From Marsupella aquatica (taxonomy: Eukaryota; Plantae; Marchantiophyta): a DNA stretch of 64,000 bases. Within the stretch, counting starts at the first letter, position 1, and each line of letters begins with the position of its first letter. The position numbers were made by a program, and so were the translations under genes. The notes beneath the pieces are model-generated. The model did not search any database, was not told the origin of the DNA, and saw only the letters and a list, made by a program, of their open reading frames with translations. Location: the NCBI GenBank assembly GCA_973895155.1, contig OZ316891.1, forward strand, positions 10,045,875 to 10,109,874. The letters run 5' to 3'. This document shows, piece by piece, positions 25,746 to 38,659 of the stretch.

Positions 25746-28700
25746 GGTCAAATTAATTTGTAATTGCTGTTGTTGAGGAAATGATACAAAGAGGTTTTAA
25801 AGAAGTTTGAGTGACTTGTTCTCGCAGATTGACTGCTCAGATCTGACCAGATGGTCACATGTGTGATCATACCAGTAAAGCACAAGATAGTTCCTAAGGT
25901 CCCCGATGGACAGCCCAGGTGGGGCAGGGTCTGCAAAGGATAACCATACTTGGGGCAGGGTTACCATCTATAACCCTGTGTCGTGTATGTTTGAAAGAGC
26001 TCCCCTGATGATTTCATGTGTAATTATTGTCCAAGCATATGTTATCCACAATATTATGAGAGTAGTAGGGTGAAGGACCAGATTTTCTCTCCACAATCAC
26101 CTGTCCAGATTTGACCATATCTAAATCTAACAGTCACAAAGTGGTTCTACAGGTAAAGTACAAATGATTTGCTCATGGACGTTTGTCAACTCCCCACAAC
26201 TGCCATCTGCCCAAAATAAGAAGAGGAAACACTAATGGGCAGCCCAGGTAGGGGAGTGAGTGCAACCATATGTATAGGATAATGAGGATCTGGGCAAGAG
26301 GATTACTAGACTGTAACCCTATGACCAGAAAGTGAAGGAAAGCTGCGAGACTGGAGCAAGGAAGCTTTTGGGAACAGGGTTCACCCTAAAACAGCAGCCC
26401 CGATCCTCATTGTCATAAGTAAATATGGTAAGGGAAAAAGTTTTCAGTTGTGACTTTCCAAGTAGGAGATTAGTGGAATAGTAGGGACCTCCAAAACTAG
26501 TTACACACTGGGAACCTTTCTTTAGTACAAAATTTACATGTACAATAATGAACGGTCTGGAAGGGTCAGCCTTTGCAGACCTGAGTCCAGAATGTTCAGA
26601 AAAGATTCCTAGTAAATTTTTGTCCAAGAGAAGTTTATCCACAAGATTACAAAAATAGCAAGGTGCAACAGAAATGACCTACTCTGTCTTACAAGGTCTA
26701 CTTTCCCAAATTAACGGTGTAGATCTGACAGTAGATAATTCTAGTCGTGACAGTACAAGCCTTCCCGATCAATTCTGTCAAAAAAAGTTATCCACAAGTC
26801 TATAAAAATAGCAGGGTGGGAGTAGAAGTGACCCACTCTATCGTACCTGATTTACTATTCAGAATGAATGGTCTAGATCTTACCATACATAAATCTAATT
26901 GTGACAGAACAAGTCAAGTACAAATGTTTTGGCGAGGGGATGGTTCCAACTTCCAACTAGCATGAGTGCCACCTGCCAAAACTACACAAGTCTCTATTGG
27001 TTGGAGTATGTCCTTTATTTGGTGGACTATCGTCCCTTCTGCACTTTTGATACACCTTTATAAATTTTAGCTTACTCTGTGGCATTTGGTTTTACTTGTT
27101 TTTGGTGATCCAAATGTGGTAGGTCTAGCTTAAAATTTGTTCATTAGGAGATGGTGATTTTCTTCTAGATTGTCCGTTTTAGGACAGTTGTTCCAATCTT
27201 GGTGTATCTATCTGTTCTTTGCTATTGCTTTGGCTGGATTGTTTTTGGTGGGTGGCTCTTGGTTACCTTTTCACTTTCGCTTGTTTTGGCTTTGCCCTTA
27301 GGACTGAATGTGTTTGGCGTTTGAGTCCGTGTTAGTCCTTGGTCTTTTTTTTTCGAGTCTGGCTGGTAGCTTCTTGTTTTATTAGGTTTTACTTTTCACA
27401 AATACAACTGGTTGATCACAATCCCATTATTTTGGTTTGTGGGTTAAGAAAATTAACTTGGGTTAGCTTGTTCACATCCGATGATTGTCATTGAACCCAA
27501 TTTGCCGATTGGATGGCCCGGGTCTCCCTCAAAGTGACTCTGACCCATCCTTGGGTTAGTTTACGGAGTGGTGAGTTGGGTGGCCCCATCCTTGCCTTAG
27601 TTTGTGCCCAGGCCAACCTGTCCTTGCGCACAGCCTTTGCCTCTGATCTGCTCAGGTTGGTCAAAGTCACCCTGAGATAATCCTAATTTAGACAGGAACA
27701 ATTTGATCAGGGACCAGGTAAATAACCTAAATAAATAATTTTAACCTATCGAACAAAAATAGTGACCCTCATGATAAATAGAAAATAAATAAGTACTATG
27801 AAAAAAAATAGAAAAAAAATAGAAAAAAACGATTGACAATGGGTAATAAAGCCTACATAAAAGGAATGACAAATACGGACGCTTTTCCAACTAGCCGTAA
27901 GTGCCACCTGCCCCCAAATCCGAAAAATACAGAAGGAGTCACGAATACAAAAGGAAACACTGATGTGATGGGCAGTGGGGCAGTGGGGGAGTCGGGCAGC
28001 CATAGGAGGGAGGGGCCCACCGAGTGTTTCATCGTTTTTCCATCGCTGCCGCTTTCCCTCAAATAGTGCTTTCGGCCGCGCTCTGAGCTTCACCCCATCT
28101 CCTGTCTCCACCTTCGTTCAAAGTCTTCGCCCGTCTCGAGTGCTCACGCGGGCGCACGCAGTGATTCACGGCAGCAATTTGCGTTTCCGGAAGCGCCCCT
28201 CCTGAGTGTATCGTCCTCTGGATTCATTTCACCCCTCTCTCGTGCATGATTGAGCGACTACTGTGGCGCAGCAGCATCGCTCGTCTGTGCGTCGCACTTC
28301 TGGAGTTCTTCTACTATTTTCGTGCGCTGCGTCTCGGTTGGGAGATTCGTCGGCATTATTTGGGTCGTGGAGATCTTTGTATTTCGGCGAGGTGGACTAG
28401 ATGATCATGGTGCCGTGGTGATCGATTCCAACCTGGGACAGTGATATCGGTACGTAATACTGACTCAATGCTTTTGCTTCAGTCAGTTGGTAGTGAGTTG
28501 CGTCAATCGCCGTGCGAGCGGGTCAGGCATGAATTCTGTCGCGTGAGTCTGAGATGATGAACACGCTGTTCTCTTTTCGAGCTCTTGTTACTCATCCTCG
28601 CTCGTCTTCGCTCTGTTCGCAAGGTTTTCTGTCTCACTACTTCGGTGGCGGGTGGATTCGCTAGTTTAGTTTCTTAGGTGAAAAATCGTTTCGGGTGCGC

Positions 28701-29314
28701 ACAGCCATGCGATCCTCGTCGTGGTGGTGAATTATCCATCATTTAAGTTACCCGTCAATAGGAGATTTGTTATTCTCTCGTCCTTGCGTCGTGTGCGGCT
28801 TAAGGATATATTTCAATAGGTGATGCCGCTGCGTGGACTGAAGTCCTTCTCATCACAGGCTTCCGTTGTATCATATCTTTGCTATATCTTCATGACCACT
28901 GCTTCCGGAGCCGGATTTGCGTACACTTACGTAAATTTCATGATGCCCTTCATCTTGCTCTTCGATGCCCCTGTCCCCTGTTACCTGGCTGTATGTTATT
29001 TGTACGTTAGAGTCATGGTCGCCCTGTGCAAACAATGGTTTCTATTGAGGAAGCATCTCAATGGTCTCCTAGTACCACCATGATTGCTGAGGAGAGTGGA
29101 GTTCGTAGGGAAGGTCTTAGAAGGCAAGTGTACGACCAATAAATGGTGCATATCTAACGGAAGTGGTCTCGATTCGGGGTTTGTGATCGATGCCGTTAGC
29201 GTCGGTTAGTTCGTTACTTTTAGGTGGTTTGTGAATGGAATGCGAAGGGTGATCGGATAGCTGGAAGCTGATGGTGTTTATTTTGTGATCTATTCAGAAT
29301 TCGACTCGGGTAAA

Positions 29315-30288
29315 ATGCACGCTCAGAATCTTTTGAAGGCCGTCTTAAAGCCGCGGTCAATCTCATCTGGACAGACGCTGAACTCGAAGGATTCCAAGTC
29401 TCGGGGGAGTAGAACCACTGCACCGGACTCTGGTCTCTCTCTGAGCGTTACCAAGAAGAGCGGTCAGAGCCCGATCCCAAAGCCTGCCGTGAGAATGTCT
29501 TGCCTTTGCGCTCCAACGAATCACGCAGGCTCCTTTCGTTGCCGACTTCATCGTGGGAACCAACAGTCTTGGGGAGGAAAACCGGTGCCGGCAGGGACCG
29601 CCGCTTCTCCTAAATCCCCCACTGCTACGTCACCTGGCAAACCCGCTTCAGTCGAAAGCAGCGAGAACACGAGCTCCAGACGTATCATCCAACATCAGCT
29701 GCCTTCGTCTCGCCCACCTATGGTGTCTTTCGCTCCTGCGCATCGAATCTCTGAGATGCCCCGCCCAAGCAGGCTCAGCAGGGTCTCTGCAGCAAGTGAT
29801 GTCGAAGCTCCTATTACGCAAGCCTCTGGCCCCTCTCCGTCTCCAGCGCCTAACGTGTAAGTTCACTGCCACCGTACGTCATATATGCAACGATTGATGG
29901 CATTCGCTGTGTAGGAAATTAGAGGAGATTTTCGAACACGATACCTTCTTTAAGACATCTTATGACTCTTGCGCTTAGCCGAGTCTCTATCGCTTCCTTT
30001 TGAAAATCATTAGTTCGGCGACATTGCTATCTGTGACGACTCTATCTGCGACTCTATCTTTGTGGGTGTGACTGACCTCTCAATCGTTCTACTTTGTTGT
30101 GCAGTGGAAACGCGACGGTGAGATACTTGAAGTTTAATCCTGGCGCAGCAGCCAGCTGTGGTGCCAATGGTTCGGTCATTGACGGAGGTATGAGCTTCGT
30201 CAAGAAGCTGCAGACGGGCGGGAAGGACGTCATGCACGAAGTGTTTGGCTCCGGTACAGCCATGAGCAGGGCCGCCCTTTCTTTATAA
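29315..30288 (+). CDS. Plant serine-rich protein-related protein (CxCxPTxHxGSFRCxLH motif), 2 coding exons, ~241 aa
   Basis: Exons 29315-29856 and 30105-30288. Donor GT|GTAAGT at 29857, branch-like ACTGAC at 30071, acceptor TTGTGCAG at 30104; splicing keeps frame (..PNV-GNATVRYL..). Motif SCLCAPTNHAGSFRCRLHR in an S/P-rich context. Probable 5'UTR intron from G|GTACGT at 28450. Confidence 0.85.
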
Positions 30289-33200
30289 CATTTACTGTTA
30301 TGGGGACTGGGGAAACGTAACGTACATGATGTGTTTATAAAGATCGGGAATATTCACTCAGACTGGAGTTTGTACAGTGCTGATGCAGAGTTTAATTGAG
30401 TTGATTTTGAGAACCCCACTTTCTAGGGCGTGTACAGTGTAGAGGTTGAAGTAGTTTCGAGAGCATGTGAGAAGCTCGTCGCATGCCGTTCGTCTGAGCT
30501 TTCTCAAGAGTACGAATTATTGTAGAGGGCAGGTAGTCTGCACCGAGGAGGGGATATCTTTGTATATAGCTGGCGCAATATATTTAGCCTCCCCTTGTCA
30601 GACATTTCTTGTGGCCAGTCAGTCAAATGAAGAGCATCAGATCTTGCAGTAGGTCTGGAAGGTCCATCTTCTCTCAAGAGGGGATGCCACAACCCTTACC
30701 TTTCGAAGCAAAGCGTTTTTGGGCTCTTTATTTAATGCCACCCGCACCGATGCATTTGTAAGTCCTGGCGTTAGGCAGGATTTTGTACGGTGTCGTGGGT
30801 GTACGTTCATTCATTGACAAATATAATTCTTTTCCAGTAGGCTGAAGCATGACCTTCAGATGTATCGAAACAAAATTCTCTTTGGAAATCGATATGAAGT
30901 CTTACGAGATTCGTTCTTGCACAGACTTTCCCACCCACAAAGTCTTTGAGTTGTCTCTTTTTTGGTATTGTGGTTTACGATGTCAATGTGTTTGCGTTTG
31001 TTTTAGTGCGCTGGATACAGTCCCGGCATGGTGGTTTGGGGCATGCTTTTCTTCCACGCCGACGCTTTTGTCAGCGGAGCAAGCTTTTCACGGCACCCTG
31101 TTTGGCTAGATTCGCCATCAAACGAGTTCGGTGTTCATTTTGAATGTGTTGTATATCTAACTCGCCACGGTTTCTCACCAGGAATCGGTGACTTGTGTAC
31201 CCCTCAAGGTGAGTAATACATTAGGGAGGAGCTCCAAGTCATAATTCATTAGACGTTCACGGTTGAGTCATGCGTACGTGATAGTACTCGTGATGTCTCT
31301 TAATAATTCAATAATCTTAGTACAGAAGTGCTCTTTCAACCGTGTCCTCGTTGCATGAGAATTTTTCGTTGCAAGGTGTAACTGTCATCATCTGCAGAGT
31401 TTTTTCCGAAGGCAACTGGCGTGCAAATTCCTCCTCCCATTTCGTCTTGGAATAATTTTAGAAGATTGTGTTCCGCACTAGTTCATTGTTTAGGGTCTAG
31501 CTAAGTCTGGTTATTTCAGGCAGAAACCCACCATGCTCTATAGGGACTTTCCTTGATAATGTCTCTTCTCTTCAAATCCTGAAAGCACGTTTTCTGGATC
31601 ATATTGGAAATTGACACCACTAAGTAATACTATGCAAAGAGCCACGTTACGATTTTCCTTCGCAGCACCGTACCTAGTTTCTGTAATTGGTCAAATGCTG
31701 TTTGATACTTTCACAATCATTCGACAGATGGAGCTGGAAGCGTCTTCACCTCCTGCTGGTAGGGAGAACAAAGATGTTGCGTATGAAATCCAGCATCCTC
31801 CGCGCATTAGTTATTCTAACCAATTTCAAGAGCTCTGTCATTTGTTGCTACAGTACTTTATTATCTAAAGTTTAAATGTCCCTTCGGAAATATTTGAGTG
31901 GTACCATCCGTAGCTCTTCTCAATGGGTCTTAGTTGTAGGTGGAGTGTTCATACCAGTTAGTACCTTCAAATTCAAGGAAATGTGCAAGATGTATTTCTT
32001 CACTACTGGAAGTTTTCCTACAAATGTTTTGGGCGTCAACTAGTTGACATCCAAGAACAAGACGTGATGCCCTATCGCAAGTTCGCAGAAATCTTACGGA
32101 GTATGACATTCGCTGAATCGAACTGGTCACGCCACAGCGGAACAAGTGTGGCTTAGACATCTTACATTGCCTGTAGTACATTATTGTGCGCTTTTTACTA
32201 TATAATATAGCATATAGTAGAAAAGCTCCATCAACATTTCGATCTCAGTAGTTCTTGCAAAATCAGATTTAGCATGCATTGTTTTTCAATTCTTGAAGGG
32301 TTACAGGCCTGGATTTTGACGATGTAGCATGCTTCTGTGAGTCATGGGATCGATCCACTGGGATTCGGCACTGGGATCAATTTTAGTAGCATAAATTAAG
32401 TTCAAGTAGCAACAAGTGGTAACTTTTGTTTGAGAGTATCTTTGATTCGACCATTGCCAAATCATTAGCGCCAGTTCCGTGCATTAAAAGAATGAAACAT
32501 CGGATGAGATCTACATTCACATAGTCCGAACTTTTCTACAAAGTTATTGCAGGTTCGCTCGATTTGGACAATTGCACATATAACCCAGCTCTGATTTCGG
32601 AGCTGTATTCTCGGGAGTATCCTGGGGATGGAAGGTGGGGTGAAAAACTTATCCATAGCAGCGTTTTATTGCATGTAACTTGGTACAATTGGACGCTTCA
32701 GCTCGCTTCATGGGATCTCGTCTAGCCTTCCATATCGAATCTCTTCATTATGGGCCTCAATTCAGACGGACACAAAAAGCATCTTTCACCATGTTCTGCT
32801 CTGGACTCCAGTCAGCTCGGAGTCAAATACTCCCTCGCCCATTGATTTCTTTTGTCCCCATACCTTCCGCCGTTCTCCTCCCTCCTCCTCAACGCTGCAT
32901 CTTTAGCTAAAATGAGAACTAGTGGTCTGGGTGATCGCAATTGCGTACGCCCATCACCGTGTCACATTGCTTTCGGTTGCATGCAATGCCGCCGGCAATG
33001 GTGACACGTCCACGAGTCCGATGCAAACACCAGTGTTGCAAACCAGTACCGCAGCCAACAAGTCTTATCCAGATTCTCGAAGACAAGACGCTACCACTAG
33101 AGGAGATAAGTTGGAAAAGTCGGAAAGGTGACTGCTGTGTCTCTGACGAAAGGCTCGCTTGTCACTCGAACTAAACTTCGTCCATCCACTGCCAGCTGAA

Positions 33201-33644
33201 ACGACTGCTTGATTGACACGAACCATGGCGACCACGTGACATCCCGTTGCAGATACTCCAGATCTAAAACTCCTCCGCCCTTCATTTTCGCGACGCAAAA
33301 GCGTCAAACCGCCATAGCCAAGCAACCTCAGGCACAATAACGAACCTGTCCCGAAGCCTCTGGAGCTCTACTAGTGTACTATTTTGCTCGAGCTTCGAGT
33401 ATCTACTAGGGTGATTTTATTTTACTATTTTTCCTTTTCCGCCAGGGTCAAATGTCATCTGGAGTGAAGGGGAAGATGCCAGGAAGATTAGTTATCTAGT
33501 TTTTCCTAGATTACTTTCCTAATTACTGTTAGGTGATTAGATCTCCCTAGATTAGATTTACTCTACTCCGCTTGGTCTAGCTTTGAGCACCTAGAATAGA
33601 TTCAGTGTAATTACTTGCTCGAGCTTTGAGCACCGGCCAGCTTA

Positions 33645-33775
33645 ATAGTTTTTTCTTTTTTTTTCTTTTGTGAAATCTGTGAAACCTCACATAAAGGGGA
33701 TAGTCCGTCACAACATTTGAATTCTACCTATGAGTCTCAAATCAAGTGAGTTACCACACAACCATGCTTCTCTGG
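33645..33775 (-). mobile_element. tRNA-derived SINE, copy 2
   Basis: Homologous to 23039-23169 (AAATCTGTGAAACC.CACA.AAAGGG...ACAACATTTGAA...ACCTATGAGTC). T-run equals minus-strand poly(A). TSD GCCAGCTTA (33636-44, 33782-90), possibly up to 15 bp. Confidence 0.72.
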
Positions 33776-33835
33776 GCACCTGCCAGCTTAGTCTTATTTA
33801 AGGTTTTTTTCCCTTTTTTGCCAGTGTGACAAACG

Positions 33836-33931
33836 TCACCTTATGTGAGTCAAACTTAAGTGAAGGAGAAGTGGTTAGGAATATCACCTTATGTGAGTCA
33901 AACTTAAGTGAAGGAGAAGTGGTTAGGAATA
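33836..33931. repeat. 48-bp perfect tandem duplication
   Basis: TCACCTTATGTGAGTCAAACTTAAGTGAAGGAGAAGTGGTTAGGAATA x2. Confidence 0.95.
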
Positions 33932-34924
33932 TTCTTTATCTAATCTTCCTAGGTTACTGCTGAAGTTGAGATCTTGGGAAGATTGTTAGATTCTGGCTTA
34001 TAGTGTGTGTTGCTGGGTGGGAAAGTGGCTAATGAAAACTAGAGAACTTAGGGAATTTTTTACCAATAGCCACAAAGACTTTTCATCGAGGTGAAATCCA
34101 ACAAAAATTTTCCCACTAGAGAGGTGCTGATACCCACCTTCTCCCCTCTTATATGTGAGTTGATAAGGCTAGGCATTTTCTCTTAGGGTTCTGAATATTG
34201 GTAACAACAGTTAGTCTAATCATTGTCTAATACTTATTTAAGGTTAAATGTATCACCAACATATTCACTAGTAGGATGTAACTTGTGAGTGGGACTTAAA
34301 CTCATTGTTACAGAGTCATCTAAGAGACAACGCGAGTTAAGTCTATGAGTACTCGGTATGCCTAATTTGGCTAATACTTTTGTTGAATGTTATTCAAATT
34401 CTTACGTTGTATATGTTTTTTCCTTTTTGTTTCTTAAGTTCTTTCTTTGAACCTTAGTTTATTTATGTTCATATTAGATTAGATGTTATTTTGTAAGCTC
34501 CTCAGGGTACCAAGAACCATATCAAGAATATTATTAAGGAATGTCATACTACATTTGACTTCGGGATTCCACATAGGTGAGGCAGGGGAACTGGCAGATT
34601 TGTATATAATAGTCGTAAGCTGGTTCACGATCTTTGATTGAAAAAAGATTTTAGCAGATGTCCATTTAAGGTTTTTCCAGCAAACAAAGTTTCTCAGTCT
34701 ACTTTTGGAGTGATATCTTTGACACCTAGCCAAAACATGTTTCCACTGCCTATTTCAACAGAAAACACGTGTTCGGGGGCATTTTACCTGGAGGAAAATT
34801 TTCCAGGCTGTAATGTCTGGAATTTCATTTACTACCCATTTCCCGGAACAGTCTTATATTTCTCACAATCTTAATGGATGAAAGGAGAATGATGAATTGA
34901 GCTCCTCACTTGTGTTTTACCGTA

Positions 34925-36420
34925 CCTGATCCACAAGTCCATTGAGAGCGTCTCGTGACCAAAAATGTCATCAGATAGTGCATTCAATACTGTACTGAGA
35001 GAATGGGAATGGATAGAGAGCTTCAGAATTTTAGACCTCTCATTTCATGTAAAGCCAAGTGGATAGGTCAGTTAATATGAATGGTTGTCATGACATCTCA
35101 AAGCGAAATCTCGGAATGTGAATGCTCCATTGTTGTCCTCTTTTTCATGTAAAGTCCCCCTAATTCCTGTGGTCTAGAGAAGTCGAGCCATTTTGGAGCC
35201 AGTTGCACAGCTTCCTCAAAGGCAGTTCCCCTCCTAAAAGAACAGCCATTTAGAGGGGGAGAGTCCTAAGTAGGCTCATTCATTCATGCACTATGCACAC
35301 AGTAAACAGCAAAATCTCGTTAATTTCCACCAGAACTCCTATCTGCCCACCTGTATGGCTCCCATTCCTGGGTTCCCAACTCAGCCGCCCAATTCAAACC
35401 TCGTTGAGATGGTCCCGAATTCAAAGATGCTCCACGATCAGCATTTCAAACTCTTGAGTGCAATGTAGATGTCCAACTCTTGAGTGCAATGGAGATGTCC
35501 CTACTCAAGAAGCATAGTTGTCTATGGGACGGAGTGCATGTTTAAATCTCGAGGTAGACGAGTTTGCAGATGCAATTTAGCATTTCTGTCATGACTGAAA
35601 GTATGTCTGCCTGTCTTGTCTTCCAGTTCATGTGTGAAATGCCAAAGGTACAGTCATGTCCCCCACACAAAAAGTTTTCCTTGCAAAATCGCTGGGTCTT
35701 GGCATTGAAAATGACATCGTTTCCTCAGAATGAAGCACTTCTCCTTTGTTGCAAGTTGTGCAAATCTTTGAGGTTGGACTCAAATTCATCCTTAGCTATT
35801 TCCATCAATAAGAAACGCTGGAGGATGCTGGCCGAGAGCTGAAATGCAACAGCAACTTCGTAGATATGCCTTGCCGTCTCAACGACGAGCTTCTAAGATG
35901 CCAATCCCACATGCCGTAACCAAAAATGAAAGAAACTGTCACTCCTTCAGGAAACCTCTACTGCTATTTGTCACGTCAATATGTTGGTATTCCCCTCTCA
36001 GCCGGATCATAGGTGTTACTCATGTAATAATTTTTGCCTTTTGTAGGAACTGAATAACAGCAAATGTACATGTAAAGAAGAGCATATCGAACTTGACAAT
36101 TTCGAGCGCTTGATATGACAGACTCCTTCCCATGGTTTTTTATTTCATGTCTCCGGAGAAGTGCTGGAATGTTTTCTGTCATAATGGAGGTGTTTCACCC
36201 ACGCTGCACAAAATCTACTAACGATCAGAGATGGCAAGAATTGTGGACGGGATACCACCACATATCGAGCAACGCTTTGTGGGGTCCTACAGATTAAGAT
36301 CCTGATTTGTGACCAATCCTCAAGGGACTGCTTTACGAGAAATTTTGCATTAGTTTCGATATCAGACAAAAAGTTCTGCATAGAGGCCATCGTAATCCAT
36401 TTAAAAAAATGCTCGCTCTG
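34925..36420 (-). pseudogene. Possible decayed multi-exon LRR-like (RNI-type) pseudogene
   Basis: Minus-strand acceptor-like sites (~36420, 36050, 35840, 35233) and donor CAG|GTACGG (~34925). Fragments MASMQNFLSDIETNAKFL, LNCICKLVYLEI, LRKLCNWLQNGSTSL and KILKLSIHSHSLSTVLNALS show Leu periodicity with many stops. Confidence 0.3.
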
Positions 36421-38659
36421 CTTTGGGCATAGGGAGGGGTAAGTAGGTGGGGAAAGATCGCATCACACTCACTCCTTACCGATTGCAATCTACTCACAAG
36501 TCAACAGATGAGAGAGCCTACTGCCAACAAGGTAACCAAGGACAGAACTCTCAAATCACTAAATCTTATTTTCCCCAAAAGACATACGCCAATGTAACAT
36601 TTGTTCAGCCTCAAACTTCCTCAAGATCTCATGCATCAAAATCACTTCCAATGTTTCATGTTCTGCATTTCCACTTCAGTGCATGTCCCACTCAAAAATT
36701 AAATAAAACCGATTCAACTTGCAGAGTTTGCCACAGATCTCAGATACCATGGTCAGCTATCAGCGCTCCAAAACGATTCTCGTGCGCGGAAATGTCACCC
36801 ATCCCTTGTCCCCGTCAAATAGCTTGTGAGAAATTTATTACAACTAAGCTCTTTTCTTATGGGTGACGGAAATTGGGATTACATTAAAGGATTCTGCAAA
36901 CCACGTTATTTGGAAATCATACGAAATCATCCATTGCTTTCCCCTGGACTGGCTTGAAGGGTTTCAAAGTGTAACGACCTTATTCCATCCTTCGTTCTTG
37001 TTCTTCATCTTCTTCTTGTAAAGAAACTGGTTTCCAAGACAGCTACAATTATCTTTATTCTCATCTACGTAAACTGGGACGCCGCCAAAAGCGGCACTCT
37101 ATTGAACAACGGAGGTGTAGAAGTGAGGATGTGATATGGCTATGGCCGGTGAGCCACCCAAAGGCCTTTACTACGACGACGCTGGCACCACCCAGAAACG
37201 CACCAAAATCCGAAAGAAAATTACTCCTGTGTCGTTCGTTCAGTGAGTTGTTCCGATACAGTGCAACGGACAATGATGAGGAAACCAAGGATCTCCCCGA
37301 TAGAACAACAAATTCAGAATTTCATGCAAAATTCACATTCAGCAAGTTCCTTTGGCTAGAATCTCTCTGATAATCACAAACTTCGATATTAATTACGGAG
37401 ACTGGACAGTATCCAATCCAAACGACCAAACCAAACCTCAGCCAATATTGCCTGAAGATTTTAGCCTCCACACACTTCGGTAGATTTGATGTTCAAAATT
37501 TTCATTTCTCATTTCACGATGATTCTAGTTTCAGATATTCATTGACGTGTTACCAAAAGCATACCAGGAGTTAGGGCCCCTTGACATAGAGTTTAGTGCG
37601 GGTTCATTGATTACTCGGTTGCATTGTCATCCTACTCGCTATGGAAAATCTATTAAGGAATGAAATAAGATTTGAGAATGGCAGGCAGAGAGATCTACTT
37701 CAGATGTAGAATTTTGACCCGGTTCTTTCCCTCTCAGGATATTATAACGCAAACCCCATGCCCATTGCTCCAGAACATGAGAATGGTTGGTCGAAGAATG
37801 TAATCTGGAGACAAGATGATATTAATGTAAGAGTGAGCTTATGAGGGGTGGTGATTCCAGACAGCACTTTCTCCAGCTTCTGTCAGATACGTATTGTGCA
37901 TAACCTGGCTCGTCTTCAACAGACTGCCCCCCTCGCTGCCCACCTCTGCGCCCTCATCTCCCACAGATGTGGTCACTTCGATAAGGACGATGTAATATCC
38001 AAGTCCAGTCCATGAAACAAACAAAACAAAATAAAATAATGTCCATTGGAGAATCACCACCACTCATAAGCTTGATTCAGGACAAGAAGTTGCCAGAATG
38101 GCAACGTTTCCCATCAATATCGTTAGGGGATTCATCCAACAAATCAACAACAGAAGCATTCCGCAGAAATCGTGGGCCACATTCAGAGCAGTGACATGCT
38201 GGGCTATTAGAAAGACAGGAACGCGTCTGTGCATGCCACTTGATGCTAGAGCTGTACAGTGCTTAAAGAATAAATGGCATCGGTCAGGGATTTACCTCAA
38301 GCTTAACTGGTCACAACACTTAGTCAGAATCAGAGCAGGCAGGCCATCATACCCTCACTCAGTACGTCATATTTATTCTGAGGTGTGGCCCCTCAACCCT
38401 AAACACATGAGGTTCCACCAGCCCCCTTCGAGACTTTGCTACTTACTTAGAAGTAAGACAACCACTCCATAGAGTCATAACGGTAGGCCAACCTTGTCTG
38501 TTTGCCGTACAAGGCATCATCGGATTGGACCCATTGTCAAGTTCTATTCTGTTAACTAGTCAAAGGGAATGATTGCACTCCACCGATTGTTGTTAGATGC
38601 GTTCTGGGTCCGCAAATCCTGGCTCTTCGCCTCGGTCCCCCTCGAGCTGCTCCGAATCT

